Part shown: positions 1-10,103 of the stretch, piece by piece
Layout of the letters: each line of letters starts with the position of its first letter
How positions within the stretch are numbered: position 1 is the first letter of the stretch
Notes under the pieces: generated by a model
Told to the model about the DNA's origin: nothing
The model's database searches: none
What the model saw: the letters and a program-made list of their open reading frames with translations, nothing else
Origin: Chloroflexota bacterium
Lineage (GTDB): Bacteria > Chloroflexota > Dehalococcoidia > SM23-28-2 > RBG-16-64-32
DNA length: 56,626 bases
Assembly (NCBI GenBank): GCA_005882985.1
Contig: VBEJ01000038.1
Coordinates: 1 to 56,626, forward strand
Reading direction: 5' to 3'
Position numbers and translations under genes: made by a program

Positions 1-1227
1 GCTTCCCCGGATGCGAATGCGCTGAGGGCCGCGCTCCAAACGCCAGACGCGAATACGTTCTCCTTCAAGATGAGCAGTCCGTTCGTTCCGGCGTTTCGCG
101 AGATGTCCAATGCGACCTGGGCGATCGTTCCGGCGAAGGTCATCGAGAAATACGGTAGCTCGTTCACGTACGGCGGCCTTGGTCAGAAAGCTTGGGGCAG
201 CGGTCCTTATATGCTCAACGAGTTTCGCGGAACAGAGCGGATTATCTTGAAGAGACATCCCGAGTACTTTCTTTCCCCGAGGCCCTGGGTCGACGAGATC
301 CGTTACATCATCATCACGGAACCACAGTCGCTGCTCGCGGCCTTCGATTCCGGCCAGCACGACATCAACGGCGCTTTGATGAATAAGGCCCAGGCCGAAG
401 AGCGCATGAAGAAGAAAGACCTCATCGTCGTCAAAGCGCCCACCCGCTTCTACCCGGTGATCCACTTCAAGATCCGCCCGCCGTTCGACGACATACGCGT
501 TCGAGAAGCGCTCGACCTAGGGATCGACCGGGACGAGATCATCGACCTGATCTGGGACGGGGAGGGCAACTACAACGGCCCAGTTCAGTGGCTGTTGGCG
601 CGGTTCTCGCTACCACAGGACGAGCTGAGGGCGGCGATGCCATATGACCCGCAGAAAGCGAGACAGCTATTGACCGCGGCCGGCTACGATAACGGCATCG
701 AGGCCAAGATGAAGATTCCTCGGGTGCCGGGTGCTCCGTTCATCGCGGACCTGGCGTCGCTCCTTAAGGACCAACTGGGCAAGGTTGGCATCAAGCTTCT
801 TCTCGATGAGGTGGAGCTGGGCACATTCATCGCAAACGTTATTCTGCCGGGGAACTTCGATCTCGCGTTCTTCCCTAACCTCCCTTACGACGAGCCCGAT
901 CGCCCGTTGAGCTTCTACCATACTCGCGGCGTGACCGGCGTGGGCAACTGGAACAACTACACGAACCCAGACATTGACAAGCTAATCGATGCGCAATCCG
1001 TGGACTTCAACGAAGAGAGCCGGATCAAGACGATTCTCGAAGTGCAACGGATGATCCTTAAGGAGCACGGGCCTCAGATTACGATGCCGGGAGGCAACTT
1101 CTACGCCGCGCGGCACAACTACGTATACTTCCCCTACGAGTTCGGGGTTGACCCGGGCGAGGGCGCGCTGAAGGACAATGAAATCGGGCCGGAGGCGGCT
1201 GACATCTATACCACCGGCAAGACGTAG
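1..1227 (+). CDS. ABC peptide/nickel transporter substrate-binding protein (family 5), 5'-truncated
   Basis: Frame is open from base 1. Contains GSGPY, PPFDDIRVREAL..GIDR and YDPQKARQLL..AG motifs typical of SBP_bac_5. Followed by OppB/OppC permeases. Confidence 0.9.
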   Translation, partial: ASPDANALRAALQTPDANTFSFKMSSPFVPAFREMSNATWAIVPAKVIEKYGSSFTYGGLGQKAWGSGPYMLNEFRGTERIILKRHPEYFLSPRPWVDEIRYIIITEPQSLLAAFDSGQHDINGALMNKAQAEERMKKKDLIVVKAPTRFYPVIHFKIRPPFDDIRVREALDLGIDRDEIIDLIWDGEGNYNGPVQWLLARFSLPQDELRAAMPYDPQKARQLLTAAGYDNGIEAKMKIPRVPGAPFIADLASLLKDQLGKVGIKLLLDEVELGTFIANVILPGNFDLAFFPNLPYDEPDRPLSFYHTRGVTGVGNWNNYTNPDIDKLIDAQSVDFNEESRIKTILEVQRMILKEHGPQITMPGGNFYAARHNYVYFPYEFGVDPGEGALKDNEIGPEAADIYTTGKT

Positions 1228-1259
1228 CACCAGCCAGACGAGATGCTAGGGTCTGAACG

Positions 1260-2264
1260 ATGAGAGACTACATTGTCCGCCGACTGTTAATACTGGTTCC
1301 GGTCATGATCGGGGTTAGCCTCCTGACATTCTCGTTATTCAATATCATCCCCGGCGATGCGTGCGTCCTGAGACTGGGATTCGGGTCGACACCCGAGACG
1401 CTCAAAGCCTGCCGGGAAGCACATGGGCTTACCCGGCCACTCTTCCCAGTCTCGATTAATTCTGATGTACCAGTCATTCACGTGCAGGACAGTCAGTACG
1501 GTGGCTGGTTGTGGGATATCGTCGCCCACCAGGATCTGGGTCAATCGCTAGCCGAGGGGAGCGCTAAAGTTTCCACGGAACTCGAGCGCAGGCTGCCGAT
1601 TACCCTCGAGCTGATGATCATGACCGTAATATTCGCCCTTGTGCTTGGGATTCTTCCAGGGATGTTATCAGCGATCAGGCCAAACACGCCGATCGACTGG
1701 ATTGCCCGAGTTCTGAGTGTACTCTGGCTTTCAATTCCATCATTCTATTTAGCCATTCTGATGATTACTTTTGGCCTGCTGTGGTTCGGATGGACGCCAC
1801 CACAGTTCGGACGCGGCTACGTGCCGTTTATGGACGACCCCTGGGTCAACCTTCAACAGTTCGTCTTCCCAGCGCTGGTCCTCTCCGTGGGTATTGCGGC
1901 GGTGATCATGCGTTTGACACGATCGGCAATGCTGGAGGTTCTAAGGAACGACTATATACGCACTGCGTGGTCGAAGGGGTTGCGAGAGCGCACTGTCGTC
2001 TGGCGCCATGCTCTTAAGAACGCATTAATCCCAGTCGTTACCCTCATCGGCCTGCAGGTCGGAGCTCTCATCGGTGGCGCGGTAATCATCGAGTCGGTGT
2101 ACAACCTCAATGGTGTTGGCAAATACACGCTGGAAGCAATCATTCGGCGGGACCTCTTCGTCGTCCAGAGTCTGACACTCCTGTTTGCTTTCGTATATGT
2201 GTCCTGCAACCTGTTCGTTGACATCGCGTACGCGTGGCTCGACCCGCGTATTCACTACAACTAA
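1260..2264 (+). CDS. ABC peptide transporter permease (OppB/DppB-like), copy 1
   Basis: MRDYIVRRL..IPGD N-terminus, EAA loop DYIRTAWSKGL, C-terminal YAWLDPRI. Confidence 0.92.
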   Translation: MRDYIVRRLLILVPVMIGVSLLTFSLFNIIPGDACVLRLGFGSTPETLKACREAHGLTRPLFPVSINSDVPVIHVQDSQYGGWLWDIVAHQDLGQSLAEGSAKVSTELERRLPITLELMIMTVIFALVLGILPGMLSAIRPNTPIDWIARVLSVLWLSIPSFYLAILMITFGLLWFGWTPPQFGRGYVPFMDDPWVNLQQFVFPALVLSVGIAAVIMRLTRSAMLEVLRNDYIRTAWSKGLRERTVVWRHALKNALIPVVTLIGLQVGALIGGAVIIESVYNLNGVGKYTLEAIIRRDLFVVQSLTLLFAFVYVSCNLFVDIAYAWLDPRIHYN

Positions 2265-2272
2265 GGAGAGTT

Positions 2273-3529
2273 ATGGCGCGCGAAGTCGCACTACCGCTGG
2301 AGATTGAGGAAGAGCGCCCACGACGTAGACGTTGGCAGCGCATACTATCTACCGCCCGTAAGCATCCGCTGGGCGTCTTCGGATTGTCTTGCGTGAGCCT
2401 GCTTTTCTTCTGTGGCATCTTCGCGGATCTCATCGTTCCGTACGACCCGGAGGCCACGCTACGGGAGAGACAAACATTTGGAGCGCTTGTCAATACCATA
2501 AAGCCTACCGACACCAAACTCACAGTCGTCGACGCTCAGCTTGACGTGGGGACGAATTTCGATATCGATGGCGAGCGCATGACCGTAGTACCACCGGCCC
2601 CGATAGTGTCGGGCGCCGGTACGACGCTACACGTCCAGAGGGCGTCGTCACAAGCAACACACGAGGCAGGAGCGGCGCTAGAACTGGACGTCGCAATCGC
2701 TAATGCCGACCCGTCGTGGAGTCATCCTTTCGGGACTGACCACAACGCCAAAGACGTCCTGAGCAGAGTCATATTCGGCGCGCGCATATCGCTGCTCATA
2801 GGTCTCACCGCAATCATTACCGGAGTGACCGCAGGCGCGTTCTTCGGGGTCATTTCCGGCTATTTCGGTAAGATTGTCGATACCATCATCCAGCGCTGTG
2901 TCGACATTCTCCTGGCCTTTCCCGCGGTTGTTCTGCTGTTGGCAATCATAACGGTGGTTGGTGACGAAGACTCTTCAGTCCGCAGATTCCTTGCGAACAA
3001 CACACCTCTGCCCAAGGGGGAATTCATAGGTATCCCTACCTTCCTTGACGTCTTCATCGTTGCGCTCGTGATTGGACTCGCGGTGGCCGTGTTTACGACT
3101 CGAGTGGTGCGTGGAGCTGTGCTATCCATCAAGGAGAACGTCTATGTTGAAGCTGCGCGTGCGATGGGTGCCAGCGACGCACGCATCATGTGGCGACACA
3201 TCTTCCCCAATGTCGCGGCGCTGGTCGTAATCCTTGGTAGTGTTCTGCTTCCTGTAGCGATCCTCGCCGAGGCCGCCATCAGCTTTCTTGGCGTTGGCGT
3301 TCCTCTTGGCACGCCGTCCTGGGGAGCAGATCTGAGTGATGAGAAGAGCCGTCAGCTAATGCTCGAGGGCTATTGGTGGCCGGTGTTCTTCCCCGGGCTT
3401 GCTCTGAGCTTAGTCGTGCTTGGCTTCAACATGGTCGGCGATGCCTTCCGCGATCTATCGGACCCTCGCCTCCGGGGCAGCGGTCTCGGTGGCGGTGGCG
3501 GCGGCGGGGCCGGGCGCGGACCTATATAG
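2273..3529 (+). CDS. ABC peptide transporter permease (OppC/DppC-like) with an inserted extracytoplasmic domain
   Basis: AAGGAG RBS before ATG 2273; HPFGTD..DVLSRVIFGARISL, YVEAARAMGAS, HIFPN and GDAFRDLSDPR motifs. Confidence 0.92.
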   Translation: MAREVALPLEIEEERPRRRRWQRILSTARKHPLGVFGLSCVSLLFFCGIFADLIVPYDPEATLRERQTFGALVNTIKPTDTKLTVVDAQLDVGTNFDIDGERMTVVPPAPIVSGAGTTLHVQRASSQATHEAGAALELDVAIANADPSWSHPFGTDHNAKDVLSRVIFGARISLLIGLTAIITGVTAGAFFGVISGYFGKIVDTIIQRCVDILLAFPAVVLLLAIITVVGDEDSSVRRFLANNTPLPKGEFIGIPTFLDVFIVALVIGLAVAVFTTRVVRGAVLSIKENVYVEAARAMGASDARIMWRHIFPNVAALVVILGSVLLPVAILAEAAISFLGVGVPLGTPSWGADLSDEKSRQLMLEGYWWPVFFPGLALSLVVLGFNMVGDAFRDLSDPRLRGSGLGGGGGGGAGRGPI

Positions 3530-3589
3530 CGGTTCGATAGCGCAGGGACTGCGGGCCTCGAATGGCCAGTAGTGACGCCGTGGACGACG

Positions 3590-4543
3590 ATGCGTGACTA
3601 CATCCTGAGGCGCCTGATCCTTCTCATTCCCATCATGTTTGGTGTGACGTTCCTGACTTTCCTTGCATACAGAGTCATCCCGGGAAATGCGGCCGTCCTT
3701 ACTTGTGGGCTCGACTGTTCACCGCAGGTAATCAAGGACCTTGAACACGAGTACGGGCTGGACCGCCCTTGGTACGAGCAATATGTCGGATGGCTCTGGG
3801 ATGTCGCCCACGGTGACTTGGGTAGGTCTTTCGCATATAAGATCCCAGTGACCACGGAGCTCGGCCGTCGGGTGCCAATCACTGTGGAGCTTCTGGTGTT
3901 GACCTTGGTCCTGGCTCTGGGGCTCGGTCTATCAATCGGAGTGCTTTCCGCCATTCGGCCTGCTACCTCGATTGACTGGTTCTCGCGTTTGATAAGCGTA
4001 CTGTTCCTCTCGGTCCCGTCCTTTTATCTCGGCATATTGCTGATCACATTTGGCCTGCTTTGGTTCGGTTGGTCTCCCCCGCAGTTTGGCAAGGGGTACG
4101 TGCCTTTCTACCAAGATCCGTGGACGAACATCCAGGAATTCTTCTTCCCAGCCCTGGTGCTTGCGTTAGGGGAAGCAGCAGTGCTCATGCGCCTAACACG
4201 TTCCGCCATGCTCGAGGTGTTGCGCAACGACTATATTCGAACGGCATGGTCGAAGGGATTGCGAGAGCGGTCGGTTGTCTGGCGGCATGCACTCAAGAAC
4301 GCGATCATCCCGATTGTGACTGTGATCGGGCTTCAAATCGGGGGCCTTCTGGGCGGCGCGGTCATCGTAGAGTCGCTTTACAACCTCAATGGCATGGGGA
4401 AGTATATTCTCGAGGCGATCATCCGGCGCGATATCTTTGTCGTTCAGAGCGTGACTCTGCTCTTCGCAGTCAGCTACGTCATGGCGAACCTTTTGGTTGA
4501 TCTGACCTACGCCTGGCTGGACCCGCGGATTCGTTACGCTTAA
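3590..4543 (+). CDS. ABC peptide transporter permease (OppB/DppB-like), copy 2
   Basis: MRDYILRRL, GDLGRS, DYIRTAWSKGL, YAWLDPRIRY; closely parallels 1260..2264. Confidence 0.92.
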   Translation: MRDYILRRLILLIPIMFGVTFLTFLAYRVIPGNAAVLTCGLDCSPQVIKDLEHEYGLDRPWYEQYVGWLWDVAHGDLGRSFAYKIPVTTELGRRVPITVELLVLTLVLALGLGLSIGVLSAIRPATSIDWFSRLISVLFLSVPSFYLGILLITFGLLWFGWSPPQFGKGYVPFYQDPWTNIQEFFFPALVLALGEAAVLMRLTRSAMLEVLRNDYIRTAWSKGLRERSVVWRHALKNAIIPIVTVIGLQIGGLLGGAVIVESLYNLNGMGKYILEAIIRRDIFVVQSVTLLFAVSYVMANLLVDLTYAWLDPRIRYA

Positions 4544-4959
4544 TGCTCGTTAACGAACAGTTCGATCCGCTTCCGGAGCTCATCACGGGCGATGCGAAAT
4601 GCGCCTGCCAAGGGGATTCCACGCGCTTCAATGTCTGACGGGTCTTCGATGTCCCAGTGAAGGCGCTCGCCTTCGCCGGGAAATACAGGACACACTTGCC
4701 GCGCGGAATCGCACACGGTGATCACGTGATCGAACTCCTGCCCCGCGAACTCGTCCACTGACTTTGAGCGCTGCCCAGAAATGTCGATTCCGATCTCTCG
4801 CATCGCCTCTATGGTGTACTCGGATATGCCGCTGGGTATCGTACCGGCGCTATATACCTCGAAGCGGTCCCCCGCGAGATCACGGAGAAGCCCCTCGGCC
4901 ATCTGACTACGTGCCCGGTTGCCCGTACAGACGAAGAGCACCCGCCTTCGGCTATTCAT
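4540..4959 (-). CDS. arsC: Thioredoxin-type arsenate reductase / LMW-PTP family protein
   Basis: [16 protein letters not shown] (CX5R loop) and [12 protein letters not shown] resolving cysteines; ATG overlaps the trpB stop (ATGA). Confidence 0.85.
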   Translation of the reverse strand: MNSRRRVLFVCTGNRARSQMAEGLLRDLAGDRFEVYSAGTIPSGISEYTIEAMREIGIDISGQRSKSVDEFAGQEFDHVITVCDSARQVCPVFPGEGERLHWDIEDPSDIEARGIPLAGAFRIARDELRKRIELFVNEH

Positions 4960-6167
4960 GTAATGTCGTGGCGAAGCTCCTGCGCGACGATGTCCATATC
5001 CTTGTCGCCGCGGCCGGATAGGCAGATGAGAATGACCTGTTCGTTGGAAAGCTTCCTCGCGATCGTCGCAGCATGGAAGATGGCGTGAGCAGGCTCCAGG
5101 GCAGGGATTATCCCCTCCGTTTCGCATAGCAGCGTCAGGCCCTGTAGTGCTTCGCGGTCGGTGACGCTGACGTATTCCGCCCGGCCGGAATCCCTGTAAA
5201 AAGCATGCTCGGGTCCTACGCCTGGGTAATCCAGGCCGGCCGATATAGAATGCGCCTCCTGGACTTGCCCGGCGCTATCTTGGAGGAGGTACGACATAGA
5301 CCCGTGGAGAACGCCCGGGCGACCCGCGCTAAGAGTTGCCGCGTGCTTCCCCGAAGCCACACCTGTCCCGGCCGCTTCAACACCGACCAGGTGAACAGAT
5401 TCGTCGGCATAGAACGGGTGGAACATGCCCATCGCGTTCGATCCCCCACCGACGCAGGCCACGGCGTAGTCGGGCAGGCGGCCTTCCTCCTCCAATATCT
5501 GCCCGCGAGCTTCCCTGCCGATCACCGACTGGAAATCGCGAACCATCATCGGATAGGGATGCGGCCCGACGACTGAGCCTAGCAGATAGTGGGTCGTTTC
5601 CACGTTCGTCACCCAGTCGCGGATCGCCTCGTTGATGGCGTCCTTAAGGGTGCGAGACCCAGACCCCACAGAACGCACTTCGGCGCCCAAGAGCTTCATT
5701 CGGAAGACGTTCAGCGCTTGGCGGCGGACATCTTCATCGCCCATGTAGACGACACATTCCAGTCCCAGCATCGCGCAGACAGTGGCGGCAGCGACGCCGT
5801 GTTGGCCGGCGCCTGTTTCGGCCACTACGCGTGGCTTGCTCATTCGCTTTACCAGCAATCCCTGCCCAACGGCGTTGTTAATCTTATGGGCGCCCGTGTG
5901 AGCCAAGTCTTCGCGCTTCAAGTAAACCTTCCCGCCCTCCAGGCGGTCTGTCAGGCGCCTTGCGAAGTAGAGGGGCGTGGGGCGGCCGACGTAGTCCGCC
6001 AGCAGCGCGTTTAGCTCTGCGCGGAATGAGACGTCGGCTTGGGCAGCGGCGTACTCGCGCTCGAGCTCGCCGAGCGCGGCCATTAGCGTCTCGGGCACGT
6101 ATTGCCCGCCGTACGGCCCAAAACGCCCGCGCTCGTCGGGAAGGGAATTTGGGGCGGCCGGGTTCAC
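4956..6167 (-). CDS. trpB: Tryptophan synthase beta chain
   Basis: [17 protein letters not shown] (PLP lysine), [30 protein letters not shown]; GTG start overlaps the trpF stop. Confidence 0.97.
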   Translation of the reverse strand: MNPAAPNSLPDERGRFGPYGGQYVPETLMAALGELEREYAAAQADVSFRAELNALLADYVGRPTPLYFARRLTDRLEGGKVYLKREDLAHTGAHKINNAVGQGLLVKRMSKPRVVAETGAGQHGVAAATVCAMLGLECVVYMGDEDVRRQALNVFRMKLLGAEVRSVGSGSRTLKDAINEAIRDWVTNVETTHYLLGSVVGPHPYPMMVRDFQSVIGREARGQILEEEGRLPDYAVACVGGGSNAMGMFHPFYADESVHLVGVEAAGTGVASGKHAATLSAGRPGVLHGSMSYLLQDSAGQVQEAHSISAGLDYPGVGPEHAFYRDSGRAEYVSVTDREALQGLTLLCETEGIIPALEPAHAIFHAATIARKLSNEQVILICLSGRGDKDMDIVAQELRHDIT

Positions 6168-6844
6168 TGTTCGGAGCCTTTCGCCGCCGCAATGAAGCCT
6201 CGAATCTTGTCGACGTCCTTCACGCCGTCGGTTTCCACGCCCGAAGAAACGTCGACCGCCCACGGGCTGACAATGCGAACCGCCTTGCCGATGTTCTGGG
6301 GCGTTAGTCCTCCCGCTAGCACGGTGGGAGTCTGTTTGGCGATTTCAGAGGCGACGCGCCAGTCGAGCGTCTTACCCGTCCCACCGTAGGTCCCCTCGAC
6401 GTAGGGGTCCAAGAGGACGATGGCACTGGCGTGGACATGTACCATGAGCTGCTCGGCCGTCTCGCCATCACGAACCTTCATGCATTTGAAAATCGGGCGC
6501 CGAATATGCGCGCATACTTCCCAAGGTTCTGAACCGGATAGTTGGACAAGGTCGAGGCCGACGTCGTCGCAAATCGCGTTTATCGTGTCAGCGTCTTGGT
6601 CGGCAAAGACGCCGACGAGGAGGGGCCGACGGTGGGTCAACTCTTCTTCCAGGGCATCGGCGTCGCCTGCGTCGGGGGCTGGCTCGCCGTCCTTCCGCAG
6701 GCCGCTTGCGATCCGTTTCGCCTGGCCGAGGGTGACTTGACGGCGGGAAGGAGCGAACACCATTCCGACGAAGTCCGCGCCCAGCGCTGCGGCCGCCCGC
6801 GCGTGCGCGACTTCCGAGACGCCGCAGATCTTCACGAGGGTCAT
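6164..6844 (-). CDS. trpF: Phosphoribosylanthranilate isomerase
   Basis: [31 protein letters not shown]. Confidence 0.95.
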   Translation of the reverse strand: MTLVKICGVSEVAHARAAAALGADFVGMVFAPSRRQVTLGQAKRIASGLRKDGEPAPDAGDADALEEELTHRRPLLVGVFADQDADTINAICDDVGLDLVQLSGSEPWEVCAHIRRPIFKCMKVRDGETAEQLMVHVHASAIVLLDPYVEGTYGGTGKTLDWRVASEIAKQTPTVLAGGLTPQNIGKAVRIVSPWAVDVSSGVETDGVKDVDKIRGFIAAAKGSEQ

Positions 6845-7695
6845 GGCTTCTCGCCGATGTAGAGAAGGTGCCAGGCGGAACCGATGATCGTCGGGTCGTT
6901 GGCGAGCTCGACCAGCTCGTCAAGCACCCATTTGTAGAGCTCCGGTTGCCTTTCAGCGAACAGCGCAAGATGCGCCTGCACGTCACCGGCCAGGCTCTGC
7001 GAAGATACGAGCTCGACAGTGCGAAAGCCCCGGCGTTCCATGAGGGGCGGCACGTCTCGCGGGTGCACCACCCAGGCTGGCGAGAAGATGCCGGCCACCG
7101 GGAAGTCCATCACGTGGTCATAGTGCCACCGCTTGACGATATCAAAGGTGTACGGGGTGAAGAACGGGATATCCTGATTGACGGCGGCTCGCAAGGCTTG
7201 CAGATGATTCAAGAAGGCGACGAAGGCATGGCCGCCGGGCTTAAGGACACGGATCAGCTCGCCCGCAACAGCCTGTCGGTCGGACTCCTCGAGCAGGTGG
7301 TACATGGGCCCGAGACAGAGAACGGCATCGAAGCTGTTGTCAGTGAAGATCGATAGGTCGACCGCATTCGCCTCTACCAACTGTTCGAGTTCGACTTCCT
7401 GCTCGTCGGTTTTTTCTCGCGCGATCGCCAATAGGTCCGGCGAAAGATCGCCCAGCGTAACGCAATAGCCCTGTGCGGCAAGCCAAATCGAGTATCTTCC
7501 CGGCCCGCCGCCGATATCGAGGATTCGTGAACCGGATCCCGGAAGGAACTTCTTTATCCACGCTTTGTTGATCGCAAACTCCAGCGCTCCCTGCGTTGGG
7601 TGCTCAAGGCGCTCCCACTCCCGCTGCGCGGAGATCTCGTAGAACCGCCGAACGCGGCGAATCGATTTTTCACGCTCACTCGCTGCTTCCGTCAT
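6841..7695 (-). CDS. Class I SAM-dependent methyltransferase
   Basis: ILDIGGGPGRY motif I, FDAVLCLGPMYHL, RVLKPGG; ATGA overlaps with both trpC and trpF. Confidence 0.88.
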   Translation of the reverse strand: MTEAASEREKSIRRVRRFYEISAQREWERLEHPTQGALEFAINKAWIKKFLPGSGSRILDIGGGPGRYSIWLAAQGYCVTLGDLSPDLLAIAREKTDEQEVELEQLVEANAVDLSIFTDNSFDAVLCLGPMYHLLEESDRQAVAGELIRVLKPGGHAFVAFLNHLQALRAAVNQDIPFFTPYTFDIVKRWHYDHVMDFPVAGIFSPAWVVHPRDVPPLMERRGFRTVELVSSQSLAGDVQAHLALFAERQPELYKWVLDELVELANDPTIIGSAWHLLYIGEKP

Positions 7696-8492
7696 CCGAA
7701 GAGCTCTCGAATCTTTGCGCCGGGATCGCTCGCCATTACCAGGGCTTCGCCGATTAGCACGGCGCGCACACCGCAAGCGTTTAGCCGGCGGATGTCGGCG
7801 GGCGTAAAGATTCCGCTCTCTGCGACAAGAGTGGCGCCGGCAGTTACAAGCGGGGCCAGGTGCTCGGTAGTCGCAAGATCCACTTCGAAGCTGCGAAGGT
7901 CACGGTTATTGATGCCGATCAGATCGGCTCCCACTGAGACGGCCACCTGAAGCTCTTTCTCTTCGTGGACTTCGACCAGTGCGCCCATTCCCAGAGACTG
8001 GGCGCAAGTCATCAGTTCACGCAACAGTTCGGGTTCGAGTATCGCGCATATCAGGAGGACGGCGTCCGCACCCGTGCAGCGAGCTTCGTAAACCTGATAT
8101 TTGTCGATCAGGAAATCCTTCCGCAAGAGGGGCGGGCCATCGGGAAGCGCTTTGCGAATCGCGGCGAGATCGGCTAGCGAGCCCTGGAAGTATTTTTCGT
8201 CCGTGAGGACGGAGATCGCCGCCGCTCCCGCGGTCGCATACGCTGTCGCGAGAGCGGCTGGGTCGAAGTCTGCTCGTAAGAGGCCCCGCGAAGGTGACGC
8301 CTTCTTCACCTCGGCGATGAGTGCTACTCGCGCACCGCGGAGCGCCGGTGCAAACTGCCGCACCGGGGGCGCATTTCGCGCGCGGATCTGGAGTTCTGCC
8401 AACGGCAGATCGGATGTTGCTGCAGCAAGCTCGCCGCGCTTGTCAGCGACGATGCGGTCGAGGATCGTGTCTGTCTTCTGCGTCATGGCCAA
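7692..8492 (-). CDS. trpC: Indole-3-glycerol phosphate synthase
   Basis: IAEVKKASPSRG, SVLTDEKYF, LRKDF, GINNRDL, VAESGI. Confidence 0.96.
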   Translation of the reverse strand: MAMTQKTDTILDRIVADKRGELAAATSDLPLAELQIRARNAPPVRQFAPALRGARVALIAEVKKASPSRGLLRADFDPAALATAYATAGAAAISVLTDEKYFQGSLADLAAIRKALPDGPPLLRKDFLIDKYQVYEARCTGADAVLLICAILEPELLRELMTCAQSLGMGALVEVHEEKELQVAVSVGADLIGINNRDLRSFEVDLATTEHLAPLVTAGATLVAESGIFTPADIRRLNACGVRAVLIGEALVMASDPGAKIRELFG

Positions 8493-8504
8493 GAATCGCG
8501 GTGC

Positions 8505-9524
8505 TCAGGCGAAGCTTTGCGTTAGCTGCACCCACTCCTCCAACCGTCGCTTCGCGGCCCCGGAATCGACGGCATCCTCTGCTATGCGGGCACCCTCCTT
8601 TAGGCCGGTGGCTATATCCCCGGCTTGAAGAGCAGCGGCGGCGTTCAAGACGACTACGTCGCGAATGGGTCCGCGCTCGCCGTTCAACACATTCAGAAGA
8701 ACAGCCGCGTTCTCTTGCGAAGTACCACCCCTAATAGCGTGCGCCACTGCCCGGGGAAGTCCCGCGTCTTCCGGCGAGATTGTGTACTCGCGCACTCCTT
8801 CGCCGCGGACTTCGCAGATCAGCGAGGGGCTGCTAATGGACAGTTCATCGACCCCGTCATCTCCATGAACCACTAACGTGTGCCGGCCGTCCAGCCGCTG
8901 GAGCGCCGTAGCCATCTTCGACGCGATTTCCGGACTGGTGACCCCCAGCAGCTGGTGCTGCGCTCGCGCCGGGTTCGTCAGTGGCCCGAGGATGTTGAAT
9001 ACCGTGCGAACGCCGAGCTCCCGGCGCGGTCCGGCGGCGTACTTCATCGCCGGGTGGAACGCCTGCGCAAACATAAATCCGAAGCTGGTGCGCTCGATGC
9101 ATTCCGCCACTTGCTGAGGAGAGAGGTCGATCCTCGCCCCAAGCGCTTCGAGAAGATCAGCCGAACCGCAACCGCTCGTCATCGCCCGGTTACCGTGCTT
9201 GGCGATGCGCGCCCCCGCTCCGGCTGCTACGAATGCTGCCGCCGTCGATACGTTGAACGTGCCCTGATTGTCTCCGCCTGTCCCGCAAGTATCGAGCAGA
9301 GGCCCCTCAACCTCGACGCGCAGGGAATGCTCCCGCATAGCTTTTGCCAAGCCGGTGATCTCATCTACCGACTCGCCCTTCATCCGCAGCGCAATCAGGA
9401 AAGCACCCAGTTGAGCGGGCGTGGCTTTGCCGTTGAACACCTCGTGGATGGCAGAGGACGCCTCTTCTTCCTTTAGGTCGCGGCGGTCGTTAACGATCGC
9501 GGCGAGAGCTTCGCGAATACTCAT
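8505..9524 (-). CDS. trpD: Anthranilate phosphoribosyltransferase
   Basis: DTCGTGGD, FNVST, AKHGNR, RTVFNILGPLTNP. Confidence 0.97.
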   Translation of the reverse strand: MSIREALAAIVNDRRDLKEEEASSAIHEVFNGKATPAQLGAFLIALRMKGESVDEITGLAKAMREHSLRVEVEGPLLDTCGTGGDNQGTFNVSTAAAFVAAGAGARIAKHGNRAMTSGCGSADLLEALGARIDLSPQQVAECIERTSFGFMFAQAFHPAMKYAAGPRRELGVRTVFNILGPLTNPARAQHQLLGVTSPEIASKMATALQRLDGRHTLVVHGDDGVDELSISSPSLICEVRGEGVREYTISPEDAGLPRAVAHAIRGGTSQENAAVLLNVLNGERGPIRDVVVLNAAAALQAGDIATGLKEGARIAEDAVDSGAAKRRLEEWVQLTQSFA

Positions 9525-9536
9525 CTGGCGCTGCTC

Positions 9537-10103
9537 TTAGCCCTCGAGGAAGTTCCGCAGAATGTCTTTGCCCACGGTAGTAAGAATCGATTCCGGATGG
9601 AATTGAACACCCTCGACTGGATAGCGCTTGTGGCGGACGCCCATGATCACTCCGCTGTCTGATTCGGCCGTCACTTCAAGCTCGTCTGAAGGGAAGCCCT
9701 CTTTCTGGATCGCGAGGGAATGATAACGTATCGCCTCGAACGGCTCAGGCAGCCCGCGCAAGACGCCCTCACCGCTATGCTTAATCTGAGAAGTCTTGCC
9801 GTGCAGGATTTCGCCGGCGCCGGCCACTACTCCGCCGAACGCTTCTCCGATCGACTGGTGTCCCAGACAAACGCCGAGGACAGGTGTCTTTCCGGCGAAG
9901 TGCCGGACGACCGGCACGCTTATTCCTGCGTCACTCGGCGTACCTGGGCCGGGTGAGATGACGATCTTGTCAGGCGCCATCACATCGATGTCTTCGACCG
10001 TCGCTTCGTCGTTTCGCACGACTTCAACGACCGCTCCAAGCTCGCTCAGGTACTGATAGAGGTTGTACGTGAAGCTGTCGTAGTTGTCGATGAGCAGAAT
10101 CAT
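9537..10103 (-). CDS. trpG: Anthranilate synthase component II (glutamine amidotransferase)
   Basis: IDNYDSFTYNL, SPGPG, GVCLGHQ, QFHPES. Confidence 0.95.
   Translation of the reverse strand: MILLIDNYDSFTYNLYQYLSELGAVVEVVRNDEATVEDIDVMAPDKIVISPGPGTPSDAGISVPVVRHFAGKTPVLGVCLGHQSIGEAFGGVVAGAGEILHGKTSQIKHSGEGVLRGLPEPFEAIRYHSLAIQKEGFPSDELEVTAESDSGVIMGVRHKRYPVEGVQFHPESILTTVGKDILRNFLEG

Noticed and set aside
3480-3520. (GGC)n run as a contingency repeat
   Set aside because: In-frame mixed Gly codons at the OppC C-terminus; slippage would not change the frame.
4540-4959. Arsenic resistance operon
   Set aside because: No arsR, acr3 or arsB nearby; this is a lone arsC.
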